Origin: Bacteroidota bacterium
Lineage (GTDB): Bacteria; Bacteroidota; Bacteroidia; NS11-12g; UBA955
DNA: 64,000 nucleotides
Direction: 5' to 3'
Assembly: GCA_023957335.1 (NCBI GenBank)
Contig: JAMLHC010000002.1
Span: forward strand, 66,809-130,808
In this document: in pieces, positions 27,855 to 37,836 of the stretch
Layout of the letters: every line of letters begins with the position of its first letter
Numbering within the stretch: position 1 is the first letter of the stretch
Notes under the pieces: generated by a model
Database searches by the model: none
What the model saw: only the letters and a program-made list of their open reading frames with translations
Told to the model about the DNA's origin: nothing
Translations under genes and position numbers: made by a program

Positions 27855-28940
27855 TTACAAAGTTTGAGATATTTGATTTTCTTGAATATGCTGTGTTTGG
27901 ATTGCAAGTTGTCTCACTAAACTACCTGCAATTTCTTTAAAGTATGGCATAATAGGGCTGTTTTCAATAATACTGCCCCTATTTGTATCCGCAGAAAGAT
28001 TTTCCACGATTGGCACCGAACCCAAAATTGGGACAGATGATTTATCTGCCAGTATTTTGGCTGCACTATCTCCGAAAATATAGAATTTTCTACCGGGTAG
28101 TTCGGCAGTTTCAAACCATGCCATATTTTCTATGATTCCTAAAACGGGAACACTGAGACCTTGCATTCTAAACATTTGCAAAGCACGATCAGCGTCCACC
28201 ATAGCTACTTTTTGTGGCGTTGTAACAATCACAGCACCGGTAATTTTCAATGCACTACACAATGTAAGTTGCGCATCGCCTGTGCCGGGAGGCATGTCAA
28301 TAATCAAGTAGTCCAATTCGCCCCACGCCACATCACTCACAAATTGTCTTAAAGCTGTTGACATCATGGGACCACGCCACGCAACTGCCACGCCCGGTTC
28401 TACTAAGTATCCAATTGAAAATATTTTTAGATTTCCCGCTTCTGCCGGCTTCATCAAATTTTTGTCTTTGCCTTGTACTCCGGTAGGCTTATAAGATTCT
28501 GTACCTGTAAGAGTGGGCTGTGAAGGTCCATATATATCTGCATCCATCAGCCCCACTTTGGCACCTGATTCAGCCAATGCTTTTGCAAGCGACAAAGAAA
28601 CCGTGGACTTCCCTACTCCTCCTTTGCCTGATGCAACTGCAATTACATTTTTTACACCCTCTAAAGTTCCTTGCATAAAAATATTTTTTCGCACTTCTGA
28701 TGTTACATTAATATCCACAACGAGTTCAGGCGAGAGTCGCTCTCTGATAGCATCTCTGCAGCCGTTCTCCAATAATTCTTTTAAAGGACAAGCCGGTGTA
28801 GTCAGCACTAAATCAAAAGCCAATTTATTGCCTTCGATATTGATATGTCGCACCATACCAAGTGTTACAATATCTTTCTTGAAGTCAGGGTCTATAACAA
28901 CAGATAAAGCCTGCAATACTTCTTTGGGTGTAATTTCCAT
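27855..28940 (-). CDS. apbC: Mrp/ApbC/NBP35 family Fe-S cluster carrier ATPase
   Basis: Walker A (SGKGGVGKSTVS), the CxxC motif and an N-terminal DUF59/MIP18-like domain. Confidence 0.9.
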   Translation of the reverse strand: MEITPKEVLQALSVVIDPDFKKDIVTLGMVRHINIEGNKLAFDLVLTTPACPLKELLENGCRDAIRERLSPELVVDINVTSEVRKNIFMQGTLEGVKNVIAVASGKGGVGKSTVSLSLAKALAESGAKVGLMDADIYGPSQPTLTGTESYKPTGVQGKDKNLMKPAEAGNLKIFSIGYLVEPGVAVAWRGPMMSTALRQFVSDVAWGELDYLIIDMPPGTGDAQLTLCSALKITGAVIVTTPQKVAMVDADRALQMFRMQGLSVPVLGIIENMAWFETAELPGRKFYIFGDSAAKILADKSSVPILGSVPIVENLSADTNRGSIIENSPIMPYFKEIAGSLVRQLAIQTQHIQENQISQTL

Positions 28941-28942
28941 CT

Positions 28943-29239
28943 CTATTTTTGTTTCTTAAATAACTTTCCCATGCGTCTGAACATCTTCTTTTCAAACTCA
29001 AGAAAGAACCTGAATTTGCCAAATATAAAACCCCAAAAAAGTAATACAATCTGATAGAGTCCTAAGATGAGTATATAAAACAGAATTCGCCAATAGATAG
29101 GAGTTATTATGTGTACACCCATCAGATGCTTTATATAAACAACACTAAACCCCGTCAGTGTGAATACTATCAAAATTGCAACTACGTCCCACAATGTATT
29201 TACTTGCCATCTCTTTTGAAGTTTTTCGTACCAACGCAT
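28943..29239 (-). CDS. small hypothetical membrane protein
   Basis: 98 aa with two TM helices. It sits 3 bp upstream of apbC. Confidence 0.35.
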   Translation of the reverse strand: MRWYEKLQKRWQVNTLWDVVAILIVFTLTGFSVVYIKHLMGVHIITPIYWRILFYILILGLYQIVLLFWGFIFGKFRFFLEFEKKMFRRMGKLFKKQK

Positions 29240-29451
29240 TTATAGGCGACAAAGTTAGGGATTGAAACTGATTATTTGTAATAAATATAAATAAGAAACA
29301 ACTAACTGATTCTCAGCTATCATCAAATAACAATTATGCAAAATCAAATAAAATTTTGGAGTGAAAAGGACTTATATGTCCTTTAATTTCTAATAATCTG
29401 TAAACAACTTTAGCCTCATTGGTAGTAGCGCAAATCAGACAGAAATCCGTT

Positions 29452-32400
29452 CTATCGCAGCAAATAGATTTTGCCGGTTCCTTTGACAAAACTATTGTCT
29501 CCTGCAGAATCTCTATGCTTCACATCTTCTTTGTGATTCTTTACAGTAACCTGATACAGATAAACACCATTCGCCAACCTGTCGCCAAACTGATCAGTGC
29601 CATCCCATGCAAATTCGGAAACATTATTACCCACTCTGATAAAGCCTAACTCATCTTTAGTGATTTCCCTGACAACCTTGCCGGAAATTGTCATTATCTT
29701 GATTCGGATATCATCGGGGACTTCTTTGCCGGTGAGCGTAAACACAAATCTCATTTGAGTAGTAAATGGATTTGGATAAGGATAAAAATTTGTGATACTA
29801 CTTTCGTTTATGACAATAAAATCAATGGTATAGAACTCCTTGCCGGCATTATTTCCTGAAATATCTTTAGACTGCACTTTGATGGTGTACTTGCCATCCG
29901 GCAGATTGGTCGGTCTGTATTCAATAGCCGCCACATTATTGGCATCCATAGCGGGTTTAAACGTAATTTCCCCTCCACTCAAATCAATGGGATTAAACAC
30001 CTGCGAACCGGGTATTCGAAGCAATACTTCAAAGCCGGCTGTATCAGTTTGAAGCAAAAATTTATTTTCATCTTTAGATGTAATCAAAATTGTGGGGTTA
30101 GGTGAGACAATCTCACCATTCATGATATGACGTCCATCAAAAGTCACATCAAGCAAGGGGTTCAAATTGTCAGTAATAACCTGAAATGGGATACTCAAAT
30201 AATTATTGGCGAGAGAAACTTCGGGTTGAGCCATTTCGGGATTAAAGAAAATATTGGCAGCATAACGTCCCGCTAAACCTTTGGTCGGCATTTTCTGATT
30301 GATATACACAAACTCCTCCGGCAGGATTGGATTGCCTTTTTGTGTAACCGATTGCAAAACATTTTGATTAGACAAATCAACAATCTGAAACTTGTAAAGT
30401 ACGCTATCCATATACTTAGTCGAAATATTCTGGAATCCAATATTGATGCGGAAAGAGTCACCTTCCTGCAAGGTGTCTTTATGAAAGGAAAAATTTTGAG
30501 ATGTATTGATAGAACCTTCCGGTCTTTCTTCAAAGGTAATAAGCCAATGGCGTATCTGTGGTGCAGAACGGTCGGTCAAATCTTTGAAATCTGCTTTGAG
30601 TTGAAGAAAGGGATAACGGTTTGCATCAATGGCTGACAGGTCAACCGTAGAAGGGGAGATATTTTGCATTAGCAAAAAAGAGTTTTTGCTTGAATCTACA
30701 CCATATACAGAGAATTTAATTTCATCTGTATTGAATGGTGTTCCTGTCATAGGGCGCCAATCAAAATAGGCGGTATTCCATTGTGTAGCAGGTCCAATGA
30801 GTTCGGACATCAATGCCCCTTGGTCATATCTACCTAAAATTTTGCCCTCAATAGCAGCATACCCCATGGTAGCACTGTCTGTCAAGTGTGAAATGTTTTC
30901 AAAAGCGGTGCCGGGCGTCCAACCTTTGCAACCTATCATCACATAAGAAGCTTGGTTTTTGGGGTATCCTTCAAACGAGTTAGCACCCAACAAATTGAGT
31001 GTTTGCTTCATTTGCGCCCCCCAAGTGCTGAGTTGTGCATCATAGCGCGTAAAGAATGCAACATAGGTGCCGGTAGGAACATCATTAATCAAAGCATTAA
31101 ATTCTGCTACTCCGCTTGCATTATTTGCAAAACAATAATAAGCATAATCTTGTGAAGCCTGAAAAGGTGGCCACGTAGCACCTAACCAACATTTGGGGTA
31201 GAAATTCCCATCCAAGAATTGTTGCAATGTGTTTCTATCCAATAAGACTGCAATAAAGCTTCCATCGGCTTTGGGATTGACATCCTGAGACAAGAATCCT
31301 GCAAATTTCACCCCAAGATTCGCGTGTGAAGTAACTCTTGTATCTACCCACACAAAACGCTCTGTTTGACCAAACTCAAATTGCTCTTTCTCTTTGTTTA
31401 AGATAATTTTGTTTGGTTGAGAAGATTGTAAAAACTGCGGAAAATCGGATTGCGACCAACCTGAATGAGCGTTTTTAATATAGATAAATGAGCGTTCTTC
31501 CCAAAAACCGCCTTGGTCAGTCGGCAAGTTTAACCTTCCACGCCAATAATATACCTGACTATCTTTTGACATGATAGGCACTGTCCATTTAACTAAATTT
31601 CCTGTATTAATAGCCGGCATAGTTCTTTTTAACCAAGGGCTGTTAAAGTCCGGTGTTGTATCTATCTCAAAAATAAACTGATTATTGGCTTTTAATAAGT
31701 TAAGGGATTGCGCCACAAGCGTAACAGAATCAGCCTGATTATGGATGGCAAAGCGTCTGGGATACAACAGACTGATACCATTCCCTTCAATATATCTATC
31801 CCATTTGACCTTATTATTAGCATAATCGCTTTCAATAATTTCTTTAGAGGGATTAAGCTCAACTTCAAATATGTTGTTTCCGGTTGTTGCAATATCTTTG
31901 GTTCTAAAAGTAAAGTAAAGGGTGTCCAAATATCCTATAGCAGGCACCCGTATTGTATATTGTTCAATCTTGGAATTTGAAGGCCATGTTCTTTTAATAG
32001 CAATATCAAATGAGTCAGCTACATTATATCTGCCTATGTTACCAACTATTATCCCTAACTGAAATGAATCACTGAGTGCATTGGTATTAGTGGGATTTAA
32101 GAATAAACTTGAAGGCGTAACAAAATAATCCGGTAAAGGGGGATTGTAAAGGGTAAAAGCAGGGTCTCCTTGATAAAAAATAAACGTATTGTGCAATCTT
32201 GATAAAGGGCTGTTATAATTAAGGTTTTCTTCAATGGTCTTATTCAGAATCTTACCTACTGATTTTCCAAAATTTTGGATAAACATATTATCATAGAAAC
32301 TACGGATTTGCCCACCTAAACTGCCTAATTCTGAAACCGAGGTCTGACCAATAAAAACAATAGCTCCTTTTTCTTTGGCTCTTATCATTCTTTCGCCATA

Positions 32401-34494
32401 GAACAAATTACCATTATTAAAACCAATGGCAGGGTTCCCAGCTCTACAACCGTTAAAATACATAATAGGCAGTCTGCCCTTATTGGTATAATCGGTAGTG
32501 TCTCCTATATCTACATCTAAAACAGTTGCAGACCCATGTCCAAGAAACGTTATCAAGCTCAATCCACTATTGATATTTTGCACAGAATTATTGCGAATAT
32601 TAATATCAATCGCCACATCAGAAGCACTGCGGTAATAGCCTTGCACATTGCCGCCAAATGGGGGTTTAACGGGGTAAGCTGCAAAATACTCAAGATAACT
32701 TCGTATAATTTTGCTTTCCGAACCATCATTGCCGCCCCCCAAGTGCATGACACGTTTTTTCCATTGAGCATTGGGAGTTTGTTCTTGCTCAATTAGTTTT
32801 TCCAAATAAATAGCAATATCTGAAGGTTTGTCAACTGATACACGTCCTGTGGCAAGATAGGGGATGGTATATTGCTTGCCGCCTAAACCCGATGTATATA
32901 AAATATCTGATGCTGGGCTTCCTATGATTGGAACAAGGTTCAAAGGTCGCATACCGGCAGTTTTTAGCAAATCCGGCTGAATACCTCGTCCCAAAAACAA
33001 CAGATATTCAGGTGGCATCGTTGTAGCTTTGTCTATCAACAATTTTACAAATCTGCGAATTGCAATAGGATTTTCAACTCCATAACTAAAAGTATTGTAC
33101 AACTGTTGTACGGAATACATATTAGCAGCAAAGCTTGTTTTGCGATAGTTCAAATAATCTGTGGCTGCTTTTCCCATTAACTTCTGATTTGTAATAATGA
33201 GAAACTGGGTGTTGTTGATTGCTACATCAATATCTGGGAAATCAACAGCTTCAATTTGAGTAACAGTAGAGGCATCAGTACTGTCAAAAATCACAAATTC
33301 CACGTCCTTTGCGGAAGGCGGATTGACATAGCTAAAAGTTTGACCTACTCCAAAAACAGGTGTAACTCTACGGTTATTGGTTAAATCATATACAAGCGGT
33401 GCATTTTGTCCCGGCACACCATAATTGCTCCAAGAAATTTCCTTAGATGTAGCAGAGGGTGCCATTACACCTTTGATTGATGTAAATCCAACCATATTAA
33501 AATCACGTGCATATTTCAATGTTACATAAGACGGGTTAAATGCCTGCAAAGCAACGCCCGGTATGTTCATAGCTTCAAGTTTGATATATGATGTTCCGCC
33601 TCCACTAATATAAGATTTAGGGAAGCTCAACGTTTTCTTTATTACTCCATAGCTATCCGTTAAAGTGTCGTAAACATTAGTAAAAGAAGCATTGTTCATG
33701 CTCACACCCACCTGCAAATGATGATCGGGAATGGCAATGTTTTCTGTGGATGAAATTACTTTAAATTCTAGTATAGGGTCAAAACCACTTGCATTCTGGG
33801 CGGGAGTTGGCAAAGACAAGGTTCTAAAAGAAGCCACAGAGGGAGCAAATCCAAATCTGTTTCCAACCCAACCCTCTCCTTCCGTATATTCGGGGTAATA
33901 CAATGCTACATTGGATATGACCGTGGGGTGTCCATAGTAATATGTTTCACTTAAATATAAAGAACTTGTGTATTTAAAGAAGGGTTCGATTGGGAATGCA
34001 CCCAGATTTTGTGTTTGTGAAAGTGCGTAGCGTTTGCCATTTGACAGTGAACTATTTGGCAAGAAGGTAATAAAATAAGCCCCTGTATCAGAATATAAAC
34101 TTTGATTATCGTGCAAAGGGTCATTTACCGGGTCGGTATAAAACAATTCCCGGTCTAACTTCCCATCATTGGGTTTGCCATAAAATTCAATAAAATCATT
34201 AAAATTAAATATCCCATCATTCTCACCTTTTAAGTAAATGGGTACCTCTTCACCATTATTGAAAAGCTGAATTTTGGTGGGATTAATTGTAGATAAATCA
34301 ATTCCATTTTGAAAAAGAACCGTTGCAAGTGTGGTATAATCAATACGAAAGATTCCTTCGCGTGCTATTTTAATTTTGAAATACTTTTGGTCTTTTTTTA
34401 TCCATTCATTTCCATAGTTTTGCCCAATAGAATGATAGGGAAAAACCATAATCAGGCAAGTAAAAGTCAGTAAAAAAACAAGTATTTTTCTCAT
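29452..34494 (-). CDS. very large C25-family cysteine peptidase, PorU-like (candidate T9SS C-terminal signal peptidase) with its own CTD
   Basis: N-terminus (YGNEWIKKDQKYFKIKIAREGIFRIDY...IQLFNNGEEVPIYLKGEN..DFIEFYG) matches the PorU N-terminal pattern. A GHGS ... FNGC His/Cys dyad is present. The C-terminal ...NGVYLYQVTVK... is a CTD-like tail. Confidence 0.55.
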   Translation of the reverse strand: MRKILVFLLTFTCLIMVFPYHSIGQNYGNEWIKKDQKYFKIKIAREGIFRIDYTTLATVLFQNGIDLSTINPTKIQLFNNGEEVPIYLKGENDGIFNFNDFIEFYGKPNDGKLDRELFYTDPVNDPLHDNQSLYSDTGAYFITFLPNSSLSNGKRYALSQTQNLGAFPIEPFFKYTSSLYLSETYYYGHPTVISNVALYYPEYTEGEGWVGNRFGFAPSVASFRTLSLPTPAQNASGFDPILEFKVISSTENIAIPDHHLQVGVSMNNASFTNVYDTLTDSYGVIKKTLSFPKSYISGGGTSYIKLEAMNIPGVALQAFNPSYVTLKYARDFNMVGFTSIKGVMAPSATSKEISWSNYGVPGQNAPLVYDLTNNRRVTPVFGVGQTFSYVNPPSAKDVEFVIFDSTDASTVTQIEAVDFPDIDVAINNTQFLIITNQKLMGKAATDYLNYRKTSFAANMYSVQQLYNTFSYGVENPIAIRRFVKLLIDKATTMPPEYLLFLGRGIQPDLLKTAGMRPLNLVPIIGSPASDILYTSGLGGKQYTIPYLATGRVSVDKPSDIAIYLEKLIEQEQTPNAQWKKRVMHLGGGNDGSESKIIRSYLEYFAAYPVKPPFGGNVQGYYRSASDVAIDINIRNNSVQNINSGLSLITFLGHGSATVLDVDIGDTTDYTNKGRLPIMYFNGCRAGNPAIGFNNGNLFYGERMIRAKEKGAIVFIGQTSVSELGSLGGQIRSFYDNMFIQNFGKSVGKILNKTIEENLNYNSPLSRLHNTFIFYQGDPAFTLYNPPLPDYFVTPSSLFLNPTNTNALSDSFQLGIIVGNIGRYNVADSFDIAIKRTWPSNSKIEQYTIRVPAIGYLDTLYFTFRTKDIATTGNNIFEVELNPSKEIIESDYANNKVKWDRYIEGNGISLLYPRRFAIHNQADSVTLVAQSLNLLKANNQFIFEIDTTPDFNSPWLKRTMPAINTGNLVKWTVPIMSKDSQVYYWRGRLNLPTDQGGFWEERSFIYIKNAHSGWSQSDFPQFLQSSQPNKIILNKEKEQFEFGQTERFVWVDTRVTSHANLGVKFAGFLSQDVNPKADGSFIAVLLDRNTLQQFLDGNFYPKCWLGATWPPFQASQDYAYYCFANNASGVAEFNALINDVPTGTYVAFFTRYDAQLSTWGAQMKQTLNLLGANSFEGYPKNQASYVMIGCKGWTPGTAFENISHLTDSATMGYAAIEGKILGRYDQGALMSELIGPATQWNTAYFDWRPMTGTPFNTDEIKFSVYGVDSSKNSFLLMQNISPSTVDLSAIDANRYPFLQLKADFKDLTDRSAPQIRHWLITFEERPEGSINTSQNFSFHKDTLQEGDSFRINIGFQNISTKYMDSVLYKFQIVDLSNQNVLQSVTQKGNPILPEEFVYINQKMPTKGLAGRYAANIFFNPEMAQPEVSLANNYLSIPFQVITDNLNPLLDVTFDGRHIMNGEIVSPNPTILITSKDENKFLLQTDTAGFEVLLRIPGSQVFNPIDLSGGEITFKPAMDANNVAAIEYRPTNLPDGKYTIKVQSKDISGNNAGKEFYTIDFIVINESSITNFYPYPNPFTTQMRFVFTLTGKEVPDDIRIKIMTISGKVVREITKDELGFIRVGNNVSEFAWDGTDQFGDRLANGVYLYQVTVKNHKEDVKHRDSAGDNSFVKGTGKIYLLR

Positions 34495-34577
34495 CGTTTT
34501 CGCAAACGTTCAAAAATAAACAAAAGATTGATACATACTAAGCTACCTCAATAACAACTATTACACAAACATCCACC

Positions 34578-35288
34578 ATGTCCGACAAGCAATTTTATCT
34601 AATTCCTTCATCACTTGGCGAAGATAGTATCGACAAAGAAATCACAACTTTTCATAAGACTGTCTTAGAACAAATTGAAGTGCTTTGGGTAGAACACGCT
34701 AAGCCAGCAAGAGCCTTTATAAAATCTTGTCACTTGCAGCGTACAATCCAAAGTTTTGATATCAGAGAAATCGCAAAAAATGAATTCGACCATATAGAAC
34801 TGAATGAAATTTCGGAGAGTTTAGTTCAGTATTCAAAAGTAGGATTTATGTCAGATGCCGGTCTGCCTTGTATTGCAGACCCCGGTGCTGCCTTAGTTGA
34901 TTTGGCACGTAAGAAGAAATTTGAAATTATTCCCTTGGTGGGGGCATCTTCGCTGATGTTAGGGCTAATGGCTTCGGGACTGAATGGACAGCAATTTGTT
35001 TTTCATGGATATTTACCCGTACAACCCAAAGAACTAAAAAGAGCACTCAAAGGCATGGAGACAGAGGTGCTCAATTCGGGATACACTCAGATTTTTATAG
35101 AAACCCCCTACAGAAACAACAACCTATTTTTACACTTGCGAGAGAATATTAACCCACATATTAGACTTTGTTTAGCTACCAATTTATTACAAAACAATCA
35201 ACGTATTGATACCCAAACTATAGCCGAATGGAACACCAACCCAATTGCAATTGACAAAAATCCCACTATTTTTCTTTTAGGGAGATAA
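34578..35288 (+). CDS. SAM-dependent methyltransferase of the tetrapyrrole-methylase fold (RsmI/YraL-like)
   Basis: N-terminal FYLIPSSLGE with later ...CIADPGAALVD... This is a weak motif-level match. Confidence 0.45.
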   Translation: MSDKQFYLIPSSLGEDSIDKEITTFHKTVLEQIEVLWVEHAKPARAFIKSCHLQRTIQSFDIREIAKNEFDHIELNEISESLVQYSKVGFMSDAGLPCIADPGAALVDLARKKKFEIIPLVGASSLMLGLMASGLNGQQFVFHGYLPVQPKELKRALKGMETEVLNSGYTQIFIETPYRNNNLFLHLRENINPHIRLCLATNLLQNNQRIDTQTIAEWNTNPIAIDKNPTIFLLGR

Positions 35289-35432
35289 GCACATCTCGAA
35301 CAATAGCAATTTAAGAAAATGATTTCAACTGTTTTGGATGAGTTTATTTCTAACAATCTCAACGCATTCAGGTAAAAAACAATCGTATTTTTGAATTTAT
35401 CTTGCCAATAATGCTGATGTGAATTCAGCGAA

Positions 35433-35927
35433 TCACTTGCCTACTCTTTTCAAAATCTCGAACTCAAAATCATAGAGGTGTTTGGCATCTTTGGGATGAA
35501 ATTGAGAATAAGTAAGTTTCCATTCTTGCGGGTTGAGTTCAGGATAAAACACTTCTGCATCAAACGTTGCAAACACTTTAGTAAGATAGATTGTATCAGT
35601 GATTGGCAAGCAATCTTTGAACAGAGATGCACCACCCAGAATAAAAACCCTATCATTTTGTTTTTGAGCTATTTCAACTGCTTTTTCAACACTGTCTGTC
35701 CAGACCGTGTTTTCAAGCGTGCGCGGAGTTCTACTTACAATAATGTTCAACCTGCCCGGCAACGGTTTTCCCATGGACTCAAATGTTTTTCTACCCATTA
35801 TCACCGGGTGTCCTATTGTGTGTTTCTTAAACCATTTGAAATCGTCCGGCAAATGCCACAATAACTGATTATCTTTTCCTATTTCGTTGTTCTGTCCTAC
35901 AGCTACAATTTGCACCAGTTCACGCAT
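35433..35927 (-). CDS. folA: dihydrofolate reductase
   Basis: IVAVGQNNEIGKDNQLLWHLPDDFKWFKKHTIGHPVIMGRKTFESMGKPLPGR is the classic DHFR signature. Confidence 0.9.
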   Translation of the reverse strand: MRELVQIVAVGQNNEIGKDNQLLWHLPDDFKWFKKHTIGHPVIMGRKTFESMGKPLPGRLNIIVSRTPRTLENTVWTDSVEKAVEIAQKQNDRVFILGGASLFKDCLPITDTIYLTKVFATFDAEVFYPELNPQEWKLTYSQFHPKDAKHLYDFEFEILKRVGK

Positions 35928-35935
35928 CAGTCAAC

Positions 35936-37066
35936 TTATTTTTTCAGATTGGCTGCATCAAAACCAAAGCGTACAGAGATAATATTTGAGTAAAGAGCTG
36001 CACTCATATCTCCAATATCGGTTAATGCGTAATCAATGCTAAAACTTTTTATTTTAATCCCTACCCCTACCGTTGGCATAAATGAATTGATTTTATTGCC
36101 TTTTTTGTTTGTTTCTTTCTGAATATTGCCAATACCCATTCTCAACGAAACCCTATTGTTTTCATCCTTAAACTTATAGCTGAACTCCGCGCCCAATTTG
36201 GGATCTATGCTAAAAGGATTACTTTTGATAAGGGTATTTCGTTTACCGTCAGTGGTAATTTCAAAATCGGTAGCAGTAACAATCTCAAACTTTTTCAAAT
36301 CCCACTTTTTGCCTACACCCAAAATCAGCCTGGGCAAGGTTAGTTCAAGGGTATTGATAGGAATGTCATTGCCGGTTTGTGCAAAAACCTCCTTATCTCT
36401 TTCCGAAAAACTATACCTCCATGTATTAAATGTAGTTGTAATATCCTTAGCCATTACACCAAAACTCCAACCATATTTTAATCCGGTAAGCCTTGCACCC
36501 GCATCAAAACCAAATCCCCATGCAGTAGCAAAAGGTCCTGCTTTGCGGTTAATCACTTTAGTGTTTACACCCCAACTCAGTTTAGAGTCTTGAAAGAACG
36601 AATAGCTGTTTAGCCTTGTCATATCAACAGTTTGTGCGTAATGAGCAATAAAAGCATAATCAACCGCAGAGAATTGAGAAATACGATCGTAATTGATTTC
36701 ACCATTTTTAATTAAGTCCAAAGTATTCAAGATACCATCCACACCAAATCTCAACACTGTCAATCCGAGTGCACTATTTTCAGTAGGTTTTGTTGCAATA
36801 CCCAGATAATCATAGTTTGCAATTCCGGCAAAGTATGCAGAGTGCATAAATGAAGCTTGTATCTTGTCTTGAATATCCACCAAACCCGCAGGATTCCAAT
36901 ATCCGGCAAAAACATCATCGGTGAGCGAAACAGCAACATTTCCCATCCCCATGGAGCGTGCGCCAACACCTAAGGTTAAAAACTCATTGCTGTATTTGGT
37001 TGCATTCTGTGCCTGTATTTGCAGTGCAAAAAGTATTACAGAAAAAGCTGTGATTATTTTTCTCAT
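35936..37066 (-). CDS. PorV/PorQ-family outer-membrane beta-barrel (FadL-like)
   Basis: Signal peptide, the GVGARSMGMGNVAVS...AGYWNPAGL motif that PorV/PorQ share, and a C-terminal F-ending beta-barrel. Confidence 0.5.
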   Translation of the reverse strand: MRKIITAFSVILFALQIQAQNATKYSNEFLTLGVGARSMGMGNVAVSLTDDVFAGYWNPAGLVDIQDKIQASFMHSAYFAGIANYDYLGIATKPTENSALGLTVLRFGVDGILNTLDLIKNGEINYDRISQFSAVDYAFIAHYAQTVDMTRLNSYSFFQDSKLSWGVNTKVINRKAGPFATAWGFGFDAGARLTGLKYGWSFGVMAKDITTTFNTWRYSFSERDKEVFAQTGNDIPINTLELTLPRLILGVGKKWDLKKFEIVTATDFEITTDGKRNTLIKSNPFSIDPKLGAEFSYKFKDENNRVSLRMGIGNIQKETNKKGNKINSFMPTVGVGIKIKSFSIDYALTDIGDMSAALYSNIISVRFGFDAANLKK

Positions 37067-37725
37067 AAATTTATTTTTCTGTATTGATTCCAGTCAAAAT
37101 GAATACTGCCGTCCAATCCGGCAACGATTTCGAGCAATATAGGTGTTAAAAAAACTTGAGTCTCCATGCTTACATTGATTTTTGCACGTTCATATACTCT
37201 CCATAACGTTGCAATTATTTTTTCATTATTAGCGTAGGCAAAAATAAACTTATCATGATGTATCAGGCGCATTCTTGACAAAAATACTGTTTTGAATACT
37301 GCATTGTCAAACAATTCATCCACAATTGCTTCATCTCCAATAGTTGTGTACATGTCATCATAAAATACTTTGACTTTTTCAGGGAAATCTATAACCAACT
37401 GCTTATCCGTTAACAGCTCGGTTAAGACATGCGCCATAAACCAAGCCCTGGGAATTTTTTCAAAAATACCTTTTTCATAAAATGCTTTTTTTAATTCTTC
37501 CTCCGCATGGATAAAATATTCGCAGTTATGAAACATTTTGTCGCGTTCAATATGGGATTTCATGCCCTTGATAAATTCGAGCGCTTGTGTGGAATATTCT
37601 CTTTTATCTCTTTCCGGAACATGCTTTCGGTATAAATCTCTGAACAAATCAGGGAAAACCAAACCCATATTGTACCATGCCTTCCCTTTTTGTGAATCAG
37701 TAAAATAATGTCCGAAGAAATTCAC
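37063..37725 (-). CDS. hypothetical protein, possibly an acyl-carrier-protein phosphodiesterase (AcpH)-like HD-related protein
   Basis: The MNFFGHYF N-terminus is reminiscent of AcpH (MNFLAHLHLA). Weak. Confidence 0.3.
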   Translation of the reverse strand: MNFFGHYFTDSQKGKAWYNMGLVFPDLFRDLYRKHVPERDKREYSTQALEFIKGMKSHIERDKMFHNCEYFIHAEEELKKAFYEKGIFEKIPRAWFMAHVLTELLTDKQLVIDFPEKVKVFYDDMYTTIGDEAIVDELFDNAVFKTVFLSRMRLIHHDKFIFAYANNEKIIATLWRVYERAKINVSMETQVFLTPILLEIVAGLDGSIHFDWNQYRKINL

Positions 37726-37836
37726 TTGATGTTTGAAAAAATATTTTGCACAAAAATAAAGATTTTGTCATACTAATTGACTCATGTATGCCCTTTAATA
37801 ATCCTTACATTTGCAGCCGTTTAAAGGATAAAAAAC

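Noticed and set aside
29380-29410. Hairpin AAAGGAC-TTATAT-GTCCTTT downstream of the PorU-like gene, as a possible terminator.
   Set aside because: It has a short AT-rich stem and no following T-run on the relevant (minus) strand, so the evidence is weak.
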